From assembly GCF_006345805.1 (NCBI RefSeq), contig NC_043007.1, forward strand, positions 73,408,001-73,472,000: DNA of 64,000 nt, written 5' to 3'. This document shows, piece by piece, positions 1-12,089 of this stretch. The notes beneath the pieces were generated by a model that ran no database searches, was not told the origin of the DNA, and was given only the letters and a program-made list of their open reading frames with translations. Both the position numbers and the translations under genes were made by a program. Numbering within the stretch: the first letter of the stretch is position 1; each line of letters begins with the position of its first letter. The DNA comes from Octopus sinensis. Lineage: Eukaryota.

Positions 1-511
1 CGACTTTGCCTTTCATCCTTTCTGGGTCGATTAAATAAGTACCAGTTACACACTAGGGTTTGATATAATCGACTTAATCCGTTTGTCTGTCCTTGTTTGT
101 CTCCTCTGTGTTTAGCCCCTTGTGGGTAGTAAAGAAATAGGTATTTCGTCTGCCGCTATGTTCTGAGTTCAAATTCCGCCGATGTCGACTTTGCCTTTCA
201 TCCTTTCTGGGTCGATTAAATAAGTACCAGTTACACACTAGGGTTTGATATAATCGACTTAATCCGTTTGTCTGTCCTTGTTTGTCCCCTCTGTGTTTAG
301 CCCCTTGTGGGTAATAAAGAAATAGGTATTTCGTCTGCCGCTATGTTCTGAGTTCAAATTCGCCGATGTCGACTTTGCCTTTCATCCTTTCTGGGTCGAT
401 TAAATAAGTACCTGTTACGCACTGGGGTCGATATAATCGACTTAATCCGTTTGTATGTCCTTGTTTGTCCTCTCTGTGTTTAGCTCCTAGTGGGTAGTAA
501 AGAAATAAGTA
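1..511 (+). mobile_element. SINE family A (tRNA-like head; core ctttcatcctttcggggtcgataaa..agtacc resembling Deu/Nin-type domain): tandem array of about 2.7 headless units, period ~185 bp
   Basis: cgactttgcc recurs at 1, 186 and 370; B-box-like gagttcaaattcc is present in each complete unit. Confidence 0.85.
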
Positions 512-1139
512 TTTGATGTTATGGGATTTCAATAACCTTTCAACTCTTAATTTATCTATGCTCAGGTGGAAAACCTCGCATTTTGGAAAAAAATAATAAT
601 TCTATTTTTCAAATCTGTAGTTTCTTTATTTTTAAAGAAGATCAATTTTTGCGATGAAGTTGATTATCCATTTTGCTCAAATAGTGGTCTAAGGGAAATA
701 ACTCCGATAAGCAATGTTTGAGAGTTTATGTTCCTACATTTCTAGTTGTTAAAGACGGAGTTGCACCTGACTAACCCGGCAGAGCTTAGGACCAGACACG
801 TATCGGATTAGTGGATTAACAATTGGCAAGTAAGACCTTTGTCAGCCACTCGCTAGCTTTCTGTTTAAAGCTATGTATAAGATTATTGAACTCTTGCTGT
901 CTGGAATCCTAATCTTGTCCAGAATATCGATCCCCAACTGGCAGCTGTTTTGTAACGTGCAACCAAGCAAATTCCCAAATGTCAGTCAGCATATCTCGAA
1001 TGTCTTGCTTTTCTCAGTATTGGAAAACAAATATGTCAACGTCTACCTGACTTGTTACGGGTCCACAAAATTATTCACTATCAATGATTTTGGCCATCTC
1101 TTTTTAATACTTTAATAATAATAATAAAATAATAATAAG

Positions 1140-2027
1140 TTTAGTTCAATCGAATTAGATGTCGAAATAGTAATAAAGGAACTTGAGCAGGAACAAACCT
1201 ATAAATACCTAGAAATAAATGAAGGCTCTGGTATCCAGCATGCAAGCATGAAAGAGAAGGTTAGGAAAGAATGTTATAGAAGAGTTCGAGCAGTCCTGAA
1301 GTCTGAGCTGAATGCATATAATAAGGTTTTAGCCATAAATTCCTTAGCAGTACCAGTTGTTCTTTATAGCTTCAATGTGCTTAACTGGAATACCAGTGAA
1401 ATAATGAAAATTGACCGAAAAATCCGCAAGCTACTGACTAGTAATAAGATGCACCATCCAAAGGCAGACGTGGATCGCCTTTACCTTCCCAGAGCACAGG
1501 GAGGTCGAGGTTTGATCCAGCTTGAACTTAATACAAAACCACCACAATCAGACTGGCCAAATACCTTGAAGCAAAAGGATGTGTTTATTAATTGACATGA
1601 GTATTCCCTGTGACCACAATATAGCGGCGAAAGAATTTGACAAGATTAGTAAATATAAAGACCTGCTAATAGAAATTGAAAAAAATGTGGCATCTCAAAG
1701 AGACTACGGTACCAGTGATTGTAGGATCTCTAGGAATGATAAAAAAAGGTACTGAAACCTATTTGAAAATGATTCCAGGCTTACCATCCCTACATGAAGT
1801 GCAAAAAATCGTATTAACTGGAACGGCTCATGTACTGAGAAGAGCACTATCGCTGTGAAAATAACATCCATCCATGAATTTATTTATTTATCAATTTTTA
1901 AATACATATTTTATCGGTAAATTTGCGCGTGTAATCTGGGAATGCATACAATGCCCTTCTCTGCCCTAGGTGTATGGAAAACACTCGGCGAGACACGGAA
2001 GAAAATTTGAAGAAAGAAGGAAAAAAC
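1140..2027 (+). mobile_element. 5'-truncated, internally deleted R4/Dong-like non-LTR retrotransposon (RT C-terminus + restriction-like endonuclease + 3'UTR)
   Basis: TYKYLE..., AINSLAVPVVLYSF, HHPKADVDRLYLPRAQGGRGL (RT thumb), then IDMSIPCD..KISKYKDLLIEIEKMW..VPVIVGSLG (RLE). Frameshift and deletion lie between the two parts. Confidence 0.85.
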
Positions 2028-2265
2028 ATAATAATAATAATAATAATGAAATTATTGCATACAGTGCTCAGGTGCACCACAACTTGTCAAAAGTGCGCAT
2101 AAAATATATGCAGTAATGTACAAATGTCTGGAAAGCGAACAGTGTATGAGTCAGATACATGCTTGCTTGTGTATGGAAGGGAGAAAACCAGGTGTAGTGT
2201 TGGCGAATCTCAGGAAGCATGGAAGTTTTGAAGGATGCAGTGCTCTGAAATTTAACAACTGATGC
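2028..2265 (-). mobile_element. 3' end of an L2/CR1-like LINE with (TTA)n tail
   Basis: Reverse complement ends ...gtggtgcacctgagcactgtatgcaataatttcattattatt; the same family occurs on + at 15775-15965. Confidence 0.6.
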
Positions 2266-2399
2266 CAGGGAAGATGGCGAGGTAGCAGAATTGTTGGTTA
2301 ATGTTTATTTTATCTCGATTACCAAAACAAAAATAAACCAGTTTAACAGCTATAAAAAAATGTTAGAGAACGAATATAAAAACAAAAATATGTGCAAAC

Positions 2400-3120
2400 G
2401 AATAGGGGTGGGGGTGGAGAGAGGACTTTCGGAAAATTCAAACGATCCGATTTTTCCCTCATAACTTTCAGGAAAATGAATATACATTAGTGAAATTTTA
2501 TGGAAATATTTTTCAAACGGCAAAGATTACGATTGTAAAGAAATTTGTGGGGCAAATGTTTTCCGAAGGGGTAGGGAGAGGATTTTGGGAAAATTTACAC
2601 GATCTGGTTTTTTCCCTCCTAACTTTCAGGAAAATGGGTATTTTTTAATCCAAGTTTATACAAACACCTTTCAAACGTCATAGATTACGATTATAAAGAA
2701 ATTTGCGAGGAAAATTTTTTTCCAGGGTTGGGAGAAAAATTCGAAAAAAACGGAGTCTCGGATCAGGAAGACCACATAAGTTCATTCTTTGTTACTCGCC
2801 CCACCCCATCCCACCTCCGGGCCGATGGCCAATTTTTTGCGCTGAAAAACTATGGGAGGAGCCATTTTGGTAAAAATAAAAAAAAAATAAAAATTGAAAA
2901 TATTTTCAGAGGAAAAAGTGATTTGAAGCAGATTTGGCTGTTGTTTCTAGTACATTCCAAGACAACCCTCCTCGTTTCTTTCTCACTCTCGCAAGTATTG
3001 ATGTTTGTCAATATTTTTCTCTCCATAAACACATTTATGCTATAAAAAAATTTTGAAAATTTATGAATTTTTTTCAATCCCCTGATTGTTTTTTTTTTAT
3101 AATTTAAAATATTAGACAGC
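2400..3120. repeat. Unclassified interspersed repeat with an internal ~158-bp tandem duplication
   Basis: tttttccctc(a/c)taactttcaggaaaatg at 2451 and 2609; CpG-richer than the flanks. Confidence 0.4.
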
Positions 3121-3878
3121 CTGAGTACATTTCTGGCATTTATCCACAGTGATTTTTAAAAAATAGGTAAATAAAAGATAATTAATTTTAAATAGCATAC
3201 TTTTCTGTTAGAAAATGCTTTTTTCTTACACACACACACACAGCTTCGCTTAATTAAGGTGGGGGTAAAATTTAAATTACCATTTTTTTGTTGATGCTTA
3301 CATCCCACCAATGGAGCATGCATATAGTCCATTGGCATATCATTTAAGTGGGGAGCAGAGTAAAAATAAATCATAAATTTTCCAAACCATTTTTTTACAT
3401 AAAAAGATGCTCCCATCATTTTAAAGGCTGTGGTGAAAAACAATTGGATGTGTTCCGATGGTCAGGCAGTCAACACCTGCTCTATGCTTGTCTGGGCATG
3501 CTGTGGTTGATGATGCACAGACATGCAGTAAGGCTATAACATTTCCAGTACTTCCTTGATGGTGAACAGGTGTGGTTGCTGTTCGCTAGACACATATTTC
3601 CCCAGCTGGTTGCGTTAATGGATCTGCAGTTCTGGGTCAATCAGACCAAAACGAGGTATTAGGAAATTGGAATGTCTTCAAGTGTTGCTCAACAAGTCAG
3701 AAACTGTGAAAGGTGGAAAGTCCACTTTCGCTTTCTATAGAGGATTAGCGGAGGAAAAGTGCAACAACGTTCTTGGGGAGACCTTGGGCATTGAAGAAGA
3801 TCTGCTAGCCACACTCTTCCAGAGAACTTTTGGCCCAGGACCAATGGATAACTTCCAAAAATCTCTGGCCTGGCAGTA

Positions 3879-4012
3879 CTTATTTCTTTATTGCCCACAA
3901 GGGGCTAAACATAGAGGGGACAAACAAGGACAAACGGATAAAGTCGATTACATTGACCCCAGTGCATAACTGGTACTTAATTTATCGACCCCGAAAGGAT
4001 GAAAGGCAAAGT
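3879..4012 (-). mobile_element. SINE family A, 3' part
   Basis: Reverse complement of the unit at 1-511. Confidence 0.8.
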
Positions 4013-5330
4013 CTTATGGGCCTGGACGTTTCCAGTTTGGAATCTTTGTTATCTGCTAAATCACCATTTCAGTTATCATTCTTTGTTCTGTTTCACTTCA
4101 TTTTTCTCTGATCTTAATTCCTTCAATCATTCAGCTTCTTTCATATGATTTCTTCTATTGACTCAGATGTCACTCCAAAACCTCCAACTTTCTTCAATAT
4201 CTGTTTTCTCACCACTGCTAATCTTTCTGCTCAGATGCTGATAAACACTTTTCTTATTCTGTTGGAACAGTCTATTGATCTATTATTGTTCAATTCTTTG
4301 CTCATATCTCTTGATCTTTGTAGCTTTAGTCTGTAGTCTTTGTTTCAGTTCTTCAAGGACTACATTTAGCCTCTTTTTCTTCATCCTTTAACTATGTTCT
4401 AATTCCTGATATTTCTCCTTCTTTCTTTCTTTCTCTCTCTCTCTCTTTCTTTCCAGTATATTGATACATTTTCTTAGTTTGTTCATCAATTGCTTTATCC
4501 TTCTTTTCCACCAAGGCTCTTTTGCTGCATTTCCTCTTTTACTGTTTGGTTCGAGGCCTACTTCCCTTCCTATGTAGATGATACAAGATTTAATCAGTCT
4601 ATTCATTTCAATTATACTATGTCTGAATTTTACTTTCCAAGTCCACCCTCTGAGCAAAATTCTATCCACTTTCTTGAGTCCATGTCTAGATTTTACTTCC
4701 ACCTCCAGATTTCCCTCAATGACATCAGTGATGTCTTTAATCATTCTTCTATCCTCATTGCTCAGTCCTTCTATATTCTCAACACTTAAACCAGTATCAT
4801 TCTCCAGGATACCTTCATTCAATACAACCTTGTCAACATTCTCAGTAGCCACTTCAGCTTCACTCATTGTTTTCCTTCATCGCCCTCTTATTAATCTCAT
4901 CAAGTTCTAATGCTGTTAATCATCCTTTCTTCCTTATTATCATTACCTGGTCACACAGTCTCTGTTCCATTATATCTAAGCCCTGCATCTCCATCCAAAT
5001 GCCATGCATACTTTTTCTATATCCTTTTAAAGACTTCCCTTCATCATCAATGGATCTGCTCAAAAAATAACATTCCATGACAGCTATATTCATTGCCTTA
5101 GGCCATTTTGTTCTGGCTGCTGTATAATGACAACTTTACCCACTGGACACCTGCTGGGCAAGGGTCTGTCAACTGAAGTTCTGTTTTCACTTACACCATT
5201 GTTTGGAGGAAAGTGGTGATAAGGTGTCACAACCACCAGTATTTTTATTGAGACATTGTCTCTAGGGGTCTTGTCTCAATAAACTCAAAGGAGCCCCTCT
5301 ACCCTTATAAATTTGAGTTATCCTGTGCTG
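4013..5330 (-). mobile_element. 5' half of an R4/Dong-like non-LTR retrotransposon ORF (degenerate)
   Basis: Across frames: KW..MNIAVMECYFLS..GYRKSM..IW..EQRLCDQ; KEPWWKRRIKQ..KLRK; LEELKQRL; KIPNWKRPGP. These are the N-terminal and pre-RT motifs typical of R4/Dong ORFs. Many stops. Confidence 0.75.
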
Positions 5331-5682
5331 GACACCATCATGGTACTCTGAGCTCTGCAGCAAGTGAAATGATACATACATACATATATATATATACATA
5401 CATACCCACCCCCACATATATATACACACACACATAGATATATACTATTCATCATTATTATTATCACTGCTGTCTTAATTGGCAGCACAGCTAATGGAGA
5501 AATGCTATTTGGATGGCCATTGATTCCTCAGAGTTCATCAGCCCCTAGACAGGTCCTGTATTTCATCCTGCTGGATGACAAAGTAGCAAGAAAAACATAC
5601 CCCTCACAGAGCTCTGTGGGGTTGCTGGTTTAGTTGCCAACACCTTGACACTTGTGATTCAGTAAAGATCATTATTATTGTT

Positions 5683-5902
5683 ATATATTTCTTTACTACC
5701 CACAAGGGGCTAAACACAAGGACAGACAAACGGATTAAGTCGATTACATCGACTCGAGTGCATAACTGGTATTTAATTTATCGACCCCGAAAGGATGAAC
5801 GGCAAAGTCGACCTCGGCGGAATTTGAACCCAGAACGTAACGGCAGACGAAATATGGCTATGCATTTTGCCCGGCGTGCTAACGTTTCTGCCAGCTTGCC
5901 AT
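5683..5902 (-). mobile_element. SINE family A, full length
   Basis: Head (ggc.agctggcagaaacgttagcacgccggg), core and tail are all present on the minus strand. Confidence 0.85.
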
Positions 5903-6096
5903 CTTTATTATTGTTATAGCTATCGTAAGTGGTAATGGCTACATCAGTAGTACTACTAATAAAGAATTGATTGGTGGTGGTGGTGGGAGGGTACCCACCT
6001 AACGGAGCATGCTCTGTGGTGTTTGTGACACAGTTGCTGCTTCATTTCAAGGTTATAGTAATGGTAGTGGCAAATGTCACATAACAAAGAAAGTTT

Positions 6097-6470
6097 TTAC
6101 TCTTTTACTTGTTTCAGTCATTTGACTACGGCCATGCTGGAGCACCACCTTTATTCGAACAAGTCAACCCCAGGACTTATTTTGTAAGCCTAGTACTTAT
6201 TCTATCAGTCTCTTTTACTGAACTGCTAAGTTACGGGGACATAAACACACCAACATTGGCTTTCAAGTGAGGGTGGGGGAACAAACACAAACATATACAT
6301 ATATATAACAGACTTCTTTCAGTTTCTGTCAACTCAATCCACTCACAAGGTTTTGGTCGGCCTGAGGCTATAGTAGAGGACACTTGCCCAAAGTGTCACA
6401 CAATGGGACTGAACCTGGAACCATGTGATTGGTAAGCAAGCTACTTACCACACAGCCATTCCTGTGCCTA
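6097..6470 (-). mobile_element. SINE family B (tRNA-derived head gtggctgtgtggtaag..gttcagtccc; ttgggcaagtg core)
   Basis: Matches the copies at 59810, 62120 and 63290. Confidence 0.8.
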
Positions 6471-6519
6471 CATAATAAAAAAATCCTGAAATAATAAACA
6501 TCTCATTAAATGATGATTT

Positions 6520-6725
6520 TAGTTTAATATCTGTTTTCCATGATGGCATGGTTTGGACAGTTTGACGGGAGCTGGTAAGGCTGGGGGCCACACCAGGCTC
6601 CATTCTCTGTTGTGGCATGATTTCTCTGGCTGGATGCCCTTCCTAATGCCAAATACTTTATAGAGTGCACTGGGTGCCTTTTATGTGGCACCAGCACCAG
6701 TGCTTTTTGTGTGACACTGGCACAG
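6520..6725 (-). mobile_element. SINE family C (ttggcgttaggaagggcatccag... (GAT)n tail, RTE-type 3' end)
   Basis: Reverse complement of the copy at 8720-8995. Confidence 0.7.
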
Positions 6726-7231
6726 TGCCATCTTTTCTTATGAAAAAGATGAGACTTTACAATTTGATAACCAATAATTTTAGCTTTAATCTACAATAAT
6801 TAACCTAATTTATAATATAAAGACTACTGTTTCACTGGTCTAGAAGTCAATGTAGTGTTTTTGACAAAACCTTAAGATCTAATTTTTTTCTGCTGGTGTT
6901 TGATTAAATTAGACGCATGACATCTTTTATATACAAATGCACGATTTATCTTAACTTATTCCAAGTGAATTTTACCTGGTTTCCAACAAGAATTTAAAAC
7001 TAATTCTTCCTTACCTTCCCACAAACGTTATATAAAACAAATATCTAAATACCGGGCAGGTATTTGGTGCAGTTAAACCTCATCAAAGACATTTGCTAAA
7101 TTCTATTTTGTGAACATGTTCTTTTGTAAATGGTAAAAGTAGTAATTTACTTGAGAATGTGCTTGTAATTACAGTTTTCACTATTTGAACAGAAATAAAG
7201 AGTTAAATGTAATATAATGGAGAAAGAAAGA

Positions 7232-7304
7232 GAGATAATGTTATCTCATTTTAGTAGTACTTATAAGTACTATAAGTACTACTAAAATGAGATAACATTA
7301 TCTC
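7232..7304. repeat. Perfect 34-bp inverted repeat with 5-nt spacer
   Basis: gagataatgttatctcattttagtagtacttata-agtac-tataagtactactaaaatgagataacattatctc. Confidence 0.95.
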
Positions 7305-7428
7305 AACTAGCTGTCTAGTTGAGTAAATTTAATTTACTTAAAGAAAACGATATGAAGAAACGTTTTTATTTTTGATTTGGTCTGAATGGATTATGGTTTA
7401 AGTCATTGCAGTGCTCTACTGGGGTAGA

Positions 7429-7792
7429 GGCGCAATGGCCCAGTGATTAGGGCAACGAACTTGTGGTCGTAAGATCGTGGTTTCGATTCCCAAACCAGGC
7501 ATTGCGAGTGTTTATTGAGCGAAAACACCTAAAGCTCCATGAGGCTCCAGTAGGGGCTGGTGGTGAACCCTGCTGCACTATTTCACAACTTTCTCACACT
7601 CTTTATTCCAGTTTCTGTTGTACCTGTATTTCAAAGGGCCAGCCTTGTCACACTCTGTCACGCCGAATCTCCGAGGACTACGTTAAGGGTACACATGCCT
7701 GGAGTGCTCAGCCACTTGCATGTTAATTTTACAAGCAGGCTGTTCCGTTGATCGGATCAACTGGAACCCTCGTCATCATAACCAACAGTGCC
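7429..7792 (+). mobile_element. SINE family D (tRNA-derived, ggcgcaatggcccagtg..ggtttcgattccc)
   Basis: A- and B-box-like head; the 3' part recurs at 9915-10098. Confidence 0.8.
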
Positions 7793-8047
7793 ATGACTCT
7801 ACTGGTAACTCTATACCGTTGCTTAACTTGCTAGAAATAGCAGCCAAATCTCCTTCATATCACAGAAAATTTACTTAAAAATTAAAACAATAGATAGTGC
7901 AGTCTGGGACACATTACTGTTGAAAAAGAGGAAAAAAAAGAGGTAATAATTTAATGCCCTTAGCTCGCTCATAAGTCTGCTCAGTTAAATTTGGAAATAA
8001 AAATTTTATTAAAATTTGTATGTCTTTATTCTTTTCTGTCTGGAAAA

Positions 8048-8425
8048 GGACCGAAATTTTGGGGGAGGGGGCCAGTCAATTAGATCGACCCCAGTATGCA
8101 ACTGATACTTAATTTATTGACACCGAAAGTATGAAAGGCAAAGTCAACCTCAGTGGAATTTGAACTCAGAACGTAAAGACAGACAGAATACCTATTTCTT
8201 TACTACCCCACAAGGGGCTAAACATAGAGTGGACAAACAAGGACAGACAAAGGGATTAAGTCAATTACATTGACTCCAGTGTGTAACTGGTATTAAATTT
8301 ATCAACCCCGAAAGGATGAAAGGCAAAGTCGACCTCGGTGGAATTTGAACTCAGAATATAACAGTAGACGAAATACTGCTAAGCATTTCGTCGCGTGCTA
8401 ATGTTTCTGCCAGCTCACCGCCTTT
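8048..8425 (-). mobile_element. SINE family A dimer
   Basis: Two cores joined via aaagaaatag|gtatt, the same junction as in the 1-511 array. Confidence 0.8.
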
Positions 8426-8719
8426 TATTAGTTTTTTCATTGCTATTCTAAAGTTTTCATTAATTCCATAGTTGGAGGCAGCATTTTACTGTAATTTTGT
8501 TCCATTATTAGTTACAGATTACTGCTATCAAATTTACTTCTTACAAACTGCAACCAGAAAAAAAAAAAGCATTCATTTTAAATTGTTTATATTATTTTGC
8601 AGTTCTATATATGCAATGCTTGCATAAACCAATATCTAAGAGTTGTAACAGTAAACAAACACCAGAATGGCTTCTGAATGTCATATTCACTTGAAATCAG
8701 CTGTGTCACTCCGCTGGGT

Positions 8720-8995
8720 CCTTTTATAAAAGCAAGCACCGCCTTGGCTGGCACGTTAAAAGCTCCAACCGATCGTGGCCGATGCCGGACCCCCCCATAG
8801 CACCTATGCAGGTGGCATGTAAAAAGCACCCACTACACTCGCGGAGTGGTTGGCGTTAGGAAGGGCATCCAGCCGTAGAAACTCTGCCAGATCAGACTGG
8901 AGCCTGGAGCAGCCCCTGGCTTCCCAGACCCCGGTCGAACCACCCAACCCGTGCTAGCATGGAAAACAGACGTTAAACGATGATGATGATGATGA
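8720..8995 (+). mobile_element. SINE family C
   Basis: gagtggttggcgttaggaagggcatccagccgtagaaac...gttaaac(gat)n. Confidence 0.8.
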
Positions 8996-9224
8996 ATGTT
9001 GCTCTCAACCATATCTGACAAAATTTCCCCTTGAAACTGTCCTCTTATAGGGATCTCTCTGACTAATTGTTAGGATTAATAGCTTCCTATTAGATTACAT
9101 TACTACAATGTAATGATGTTGTTCTCTCTCGATTCTGGTTTTGTCTCTCAACTGTTTTCCTTCTACTCATAAATAAACCAAGTTGCTGCCAAATAATTCA
9201 TTTTTATGCAAATAATAAGCCTCT

Positions 9225-9658
9225 GGCACTTAAAAGTCTCCATTTGAGTGAGATTGTTACCAATGTTGCCTTACTGGCACTCAAACCCGTGCTAGTAGGG
9301 TATTTAGAGCACCATCCAAGCATGATCATTGCCAGAGCAGCTATCTGGCCTCCATGCTGGTGGCACGTAAACGACACCATTCGAGCGTGATCGTTACCAG
9401 CATCGCCTTACTGGTACCTGTGCCAGTGGCATGTGTAAAAGATTTGAGTGAGATTGTTGTCAGTACCGCCTGACTGGCCACGTGCTGGTGGCACCCACTG
9501 CACTCTCGGAGTGGTTGGCATGAGGAAGGGCATCCAGCTGAAGAAACTCTGCCAGATCAAGATTGAAGCCTGGTGCAGCCATCTGGTTCGCCAGCCCTCA
9601 GTCAAATCGTCCAGCCCATGCTAGCATGGAAAGCGGACGTTAAATGATGATGATGATT
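9225..9658 (+). mobile_element. SINE family C with internally repeated 5' subunits
   Basis: Repeated gagtgagattgtt../gccttactgg blocks, then the family C 3' end and (gat)n. Confidence 0.75.
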
Positions 9659-9834
9659 TTATCCTAACTTTCCTCAACAAACCATTATCTGTATGCTACC
9701 TAGAAGCAATACACCACACATGCACGGACTCCCTCAAATGGGGGGGGGGGCACACCAATGCCAGGAGGTGGGGAATTAAAACCAAACAAAACTTGTACAA
9801 TACTTTATTTCACATTGCTCCAGTCCACTCAACA

Positions 9835-10098
9835 TTTAGCATCAGTTTCCTATGCTGGCATGGGTTGGATGGCTTGACAGCAACTGGCAAGACCAGGGGC
9901 CGGCACCGGGTTTTATCAAGAATGAGTTGTACCTGTATTTCAAAGGGACAGCCTTGTCACATTGTGTCATGCTGAATCTCCATGAGAACTACATTGAAAT
10001 TATGCATCAGTGGAGTGCTCAGCCACTTGCACATTAAATTTCATGAGCAGAGTGTTACATTGATCAGATCAACTGGAAGTTGGAACTGCAGTGCCAGT
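9835..10098. mobile_element. Family C fragment (-) fused to family D 3' part (+)
   Basis: Similarity to 8720-8995 and 7429-7792. Confidence 0.65.
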
Positions 10099-10280
10099 TA
10101 AGACCTAGTAAGTAGGAGAAAGAGGACAAAAAATAAACACTAGTCACAGTCTACATAAGTTACAATCCCTTCCTTCAGATCAAACCAAATGTAAGAATAG
10201 TTCTTACAATAAGCTTAACTTGATTAAAAAATAAATTGCTGATTCAGATAAGAAAAGGACCGAAGTTGTAATTTATTTAA

Positions 10281-10478
10281 CTTTTTAGCATTTATACTGG
10301 TTCAAATATTCTGTTTTATGGTCAAGCCAGTCAGATCCAGTATCTCACACCTGCCCAGTAATGTCATTGTAAAAATAATTGCATCATTGAAATACCAGAG
10401 CTACGAGATAATGCATGGTGAATTAAAAACTGAATAAATAAGCATTACATTTGACAGAGTAATCTGAATGCTAAAGGG
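10281..10478. mobile_element. piggyBac-type MITE with TTAA target duplication
   Basis: TTAA|ctttttagcattt...aatgctaaaggg|TTAA; second copy at 29741. Confidence 0.75.
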
Positions 10479-10765
10479 TTAACTGAACCATAATTTGATA
10501 TAGAAAGCAATTCTATGTAGACAAGCCAGCTCACTTGCCATGCTGGGAAAACATTTATAGACTGGATTTGCTTCTGGCAAGATGTTGCAGAACACAATTG
10601 ATGATAGCATTTTCAAAACAATTAAGGATTGAGGTTAATCAAAATTCTCTGTATATTTGAGAGGGTTAATAAAATTTGTTGATTAGCCAACTTAAATCAT
10701 AAAATATATAACCATGCAACAAACTTCTGCTCCTTAAAATAACTTGCCATTATTACTATTGTTAC

Positions 10766-11395
10766 GGCAGTGAGCTGGTAGAAACATTAGCACGCCGGGC
10801 GAAATGCTTAGTAGTATTTCGTCTGTCTTTATGTTCTGAGTTCAAATTCTGCCGAGGTCGACTTTGCCTTTCATCCTTCCGGGGTCAATAAATTAAGTAC
10901 CAGTTATGCACTGGGGTTGATGTAATCGACTTAATCCCTTTGTCTGTCCTTGTTTGACCCCTCTATGTTTAGCCCCTTGTGGGCAATAAAGAAATAAGAA
11001 TCATTAGCACACCAGGCAAAATGCTTAGTGGCATTTCGTCTGTCTAAATTCTGAGGTCAACTTCGTCTTTTATCCTTTCGGAGTTGATAAAATAAGTTTC
11101 AGCTGTGCACTGAAGTTGATATAATTGACTTGTCCCATCCTCTGAAATTGCTGGTCTTGAGCCAGAACTTGAAACCATTATTATTACTATTATTTAAGCA
11201 GTGGGCAGCAGAATCATCAGTGTCAGACAAAAATACTCAGCAGTATGATCAGAGTTCAAATACCTCTGAGGTCAACTTTGCCTTTCATTTTTTGGTGGGT
11301 CAATGAAATAAGTACCAGTTGAGCACTGAAGTTGATGGAATTGACTAACCTCTCCCCTCAAAATTTTAGGCCTTTTACCTATAGTAGAAAGAATT
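10766..11395 (+). mobile_element. Cluster of three family A SINE units (dimer 10766-11190 plus monomer 11197-11395), two tail types
   Basis: Heads ggcagtgagctggtagaa / gcagtgggcagcagaa; cores repeated. Confidence 0.75.
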
Positions 11396-12089
11396 ATCTT
11401 AATTTGTGATATCACTATCAGCTCTGCAAGGGTGGTGCAGGTGGTAATGTGCTGAGCAATAATTTTGTTAATAATTGAATTCAAATCCTGCCAGTCAGCT
11501 TTGACATTGCATTTTATTCCATCGTTGATCTGCAAGAAATATTTACAATACGCAGTTCAACAGACTAGAGCTGCTCCAACATCATGTGTGAGTAGGTACA
11601 AATTATGTCATGCAATTGACATGTATATAGGGTTAAGGGGACCACCAACCAATCAAGTACACCAAAACCCAGGTAACACAGTGAGCAGAGAAGACAAGCT
11701 TTTTTGCTTAGCATATAGGATTAACTCAGTACAAGATAATTCTGTAGCAAGTAATGTACTTAGGGAAGTTCCACCACCACCACCATACAAGTGTTGCCTG
11801 AGGTAGAGAAAAATAAAGTGATAGTATGAAGAGGTAATATTGGATAACAGACATTGCAGTAAATTTGTAGACACCAAAATAAGATTAACATTTCTTTGAA
11901 AAGAAAAATAAGAGATTAAAACTGAAACCAGGTAAAAGGAACAGATTAACTGAAATATAAAGCTAGAACAATGACTATATGACAATAAACACTTAAGGTT
12001 TCTAAATGTTAGACATTGTTGTAATTCATTGTAAATTTAAACACAATAAATTTATTTTCCTTCTTCAGTCTTCAATAACAGGGATAGAC

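Noticed and set aside
4490-5070. Hydrophobic plus-strand ORFs (F/S/L-rich)
   Set aside because: Antisense shadows of the purine-rich Dong-like ORF.
7429-7500. tRNA-like sequences here and at other SINE heads
   Set aside because: No full cloverleaf, and they continue into SINE bodies; these are SINE heads, not tRNA genes.
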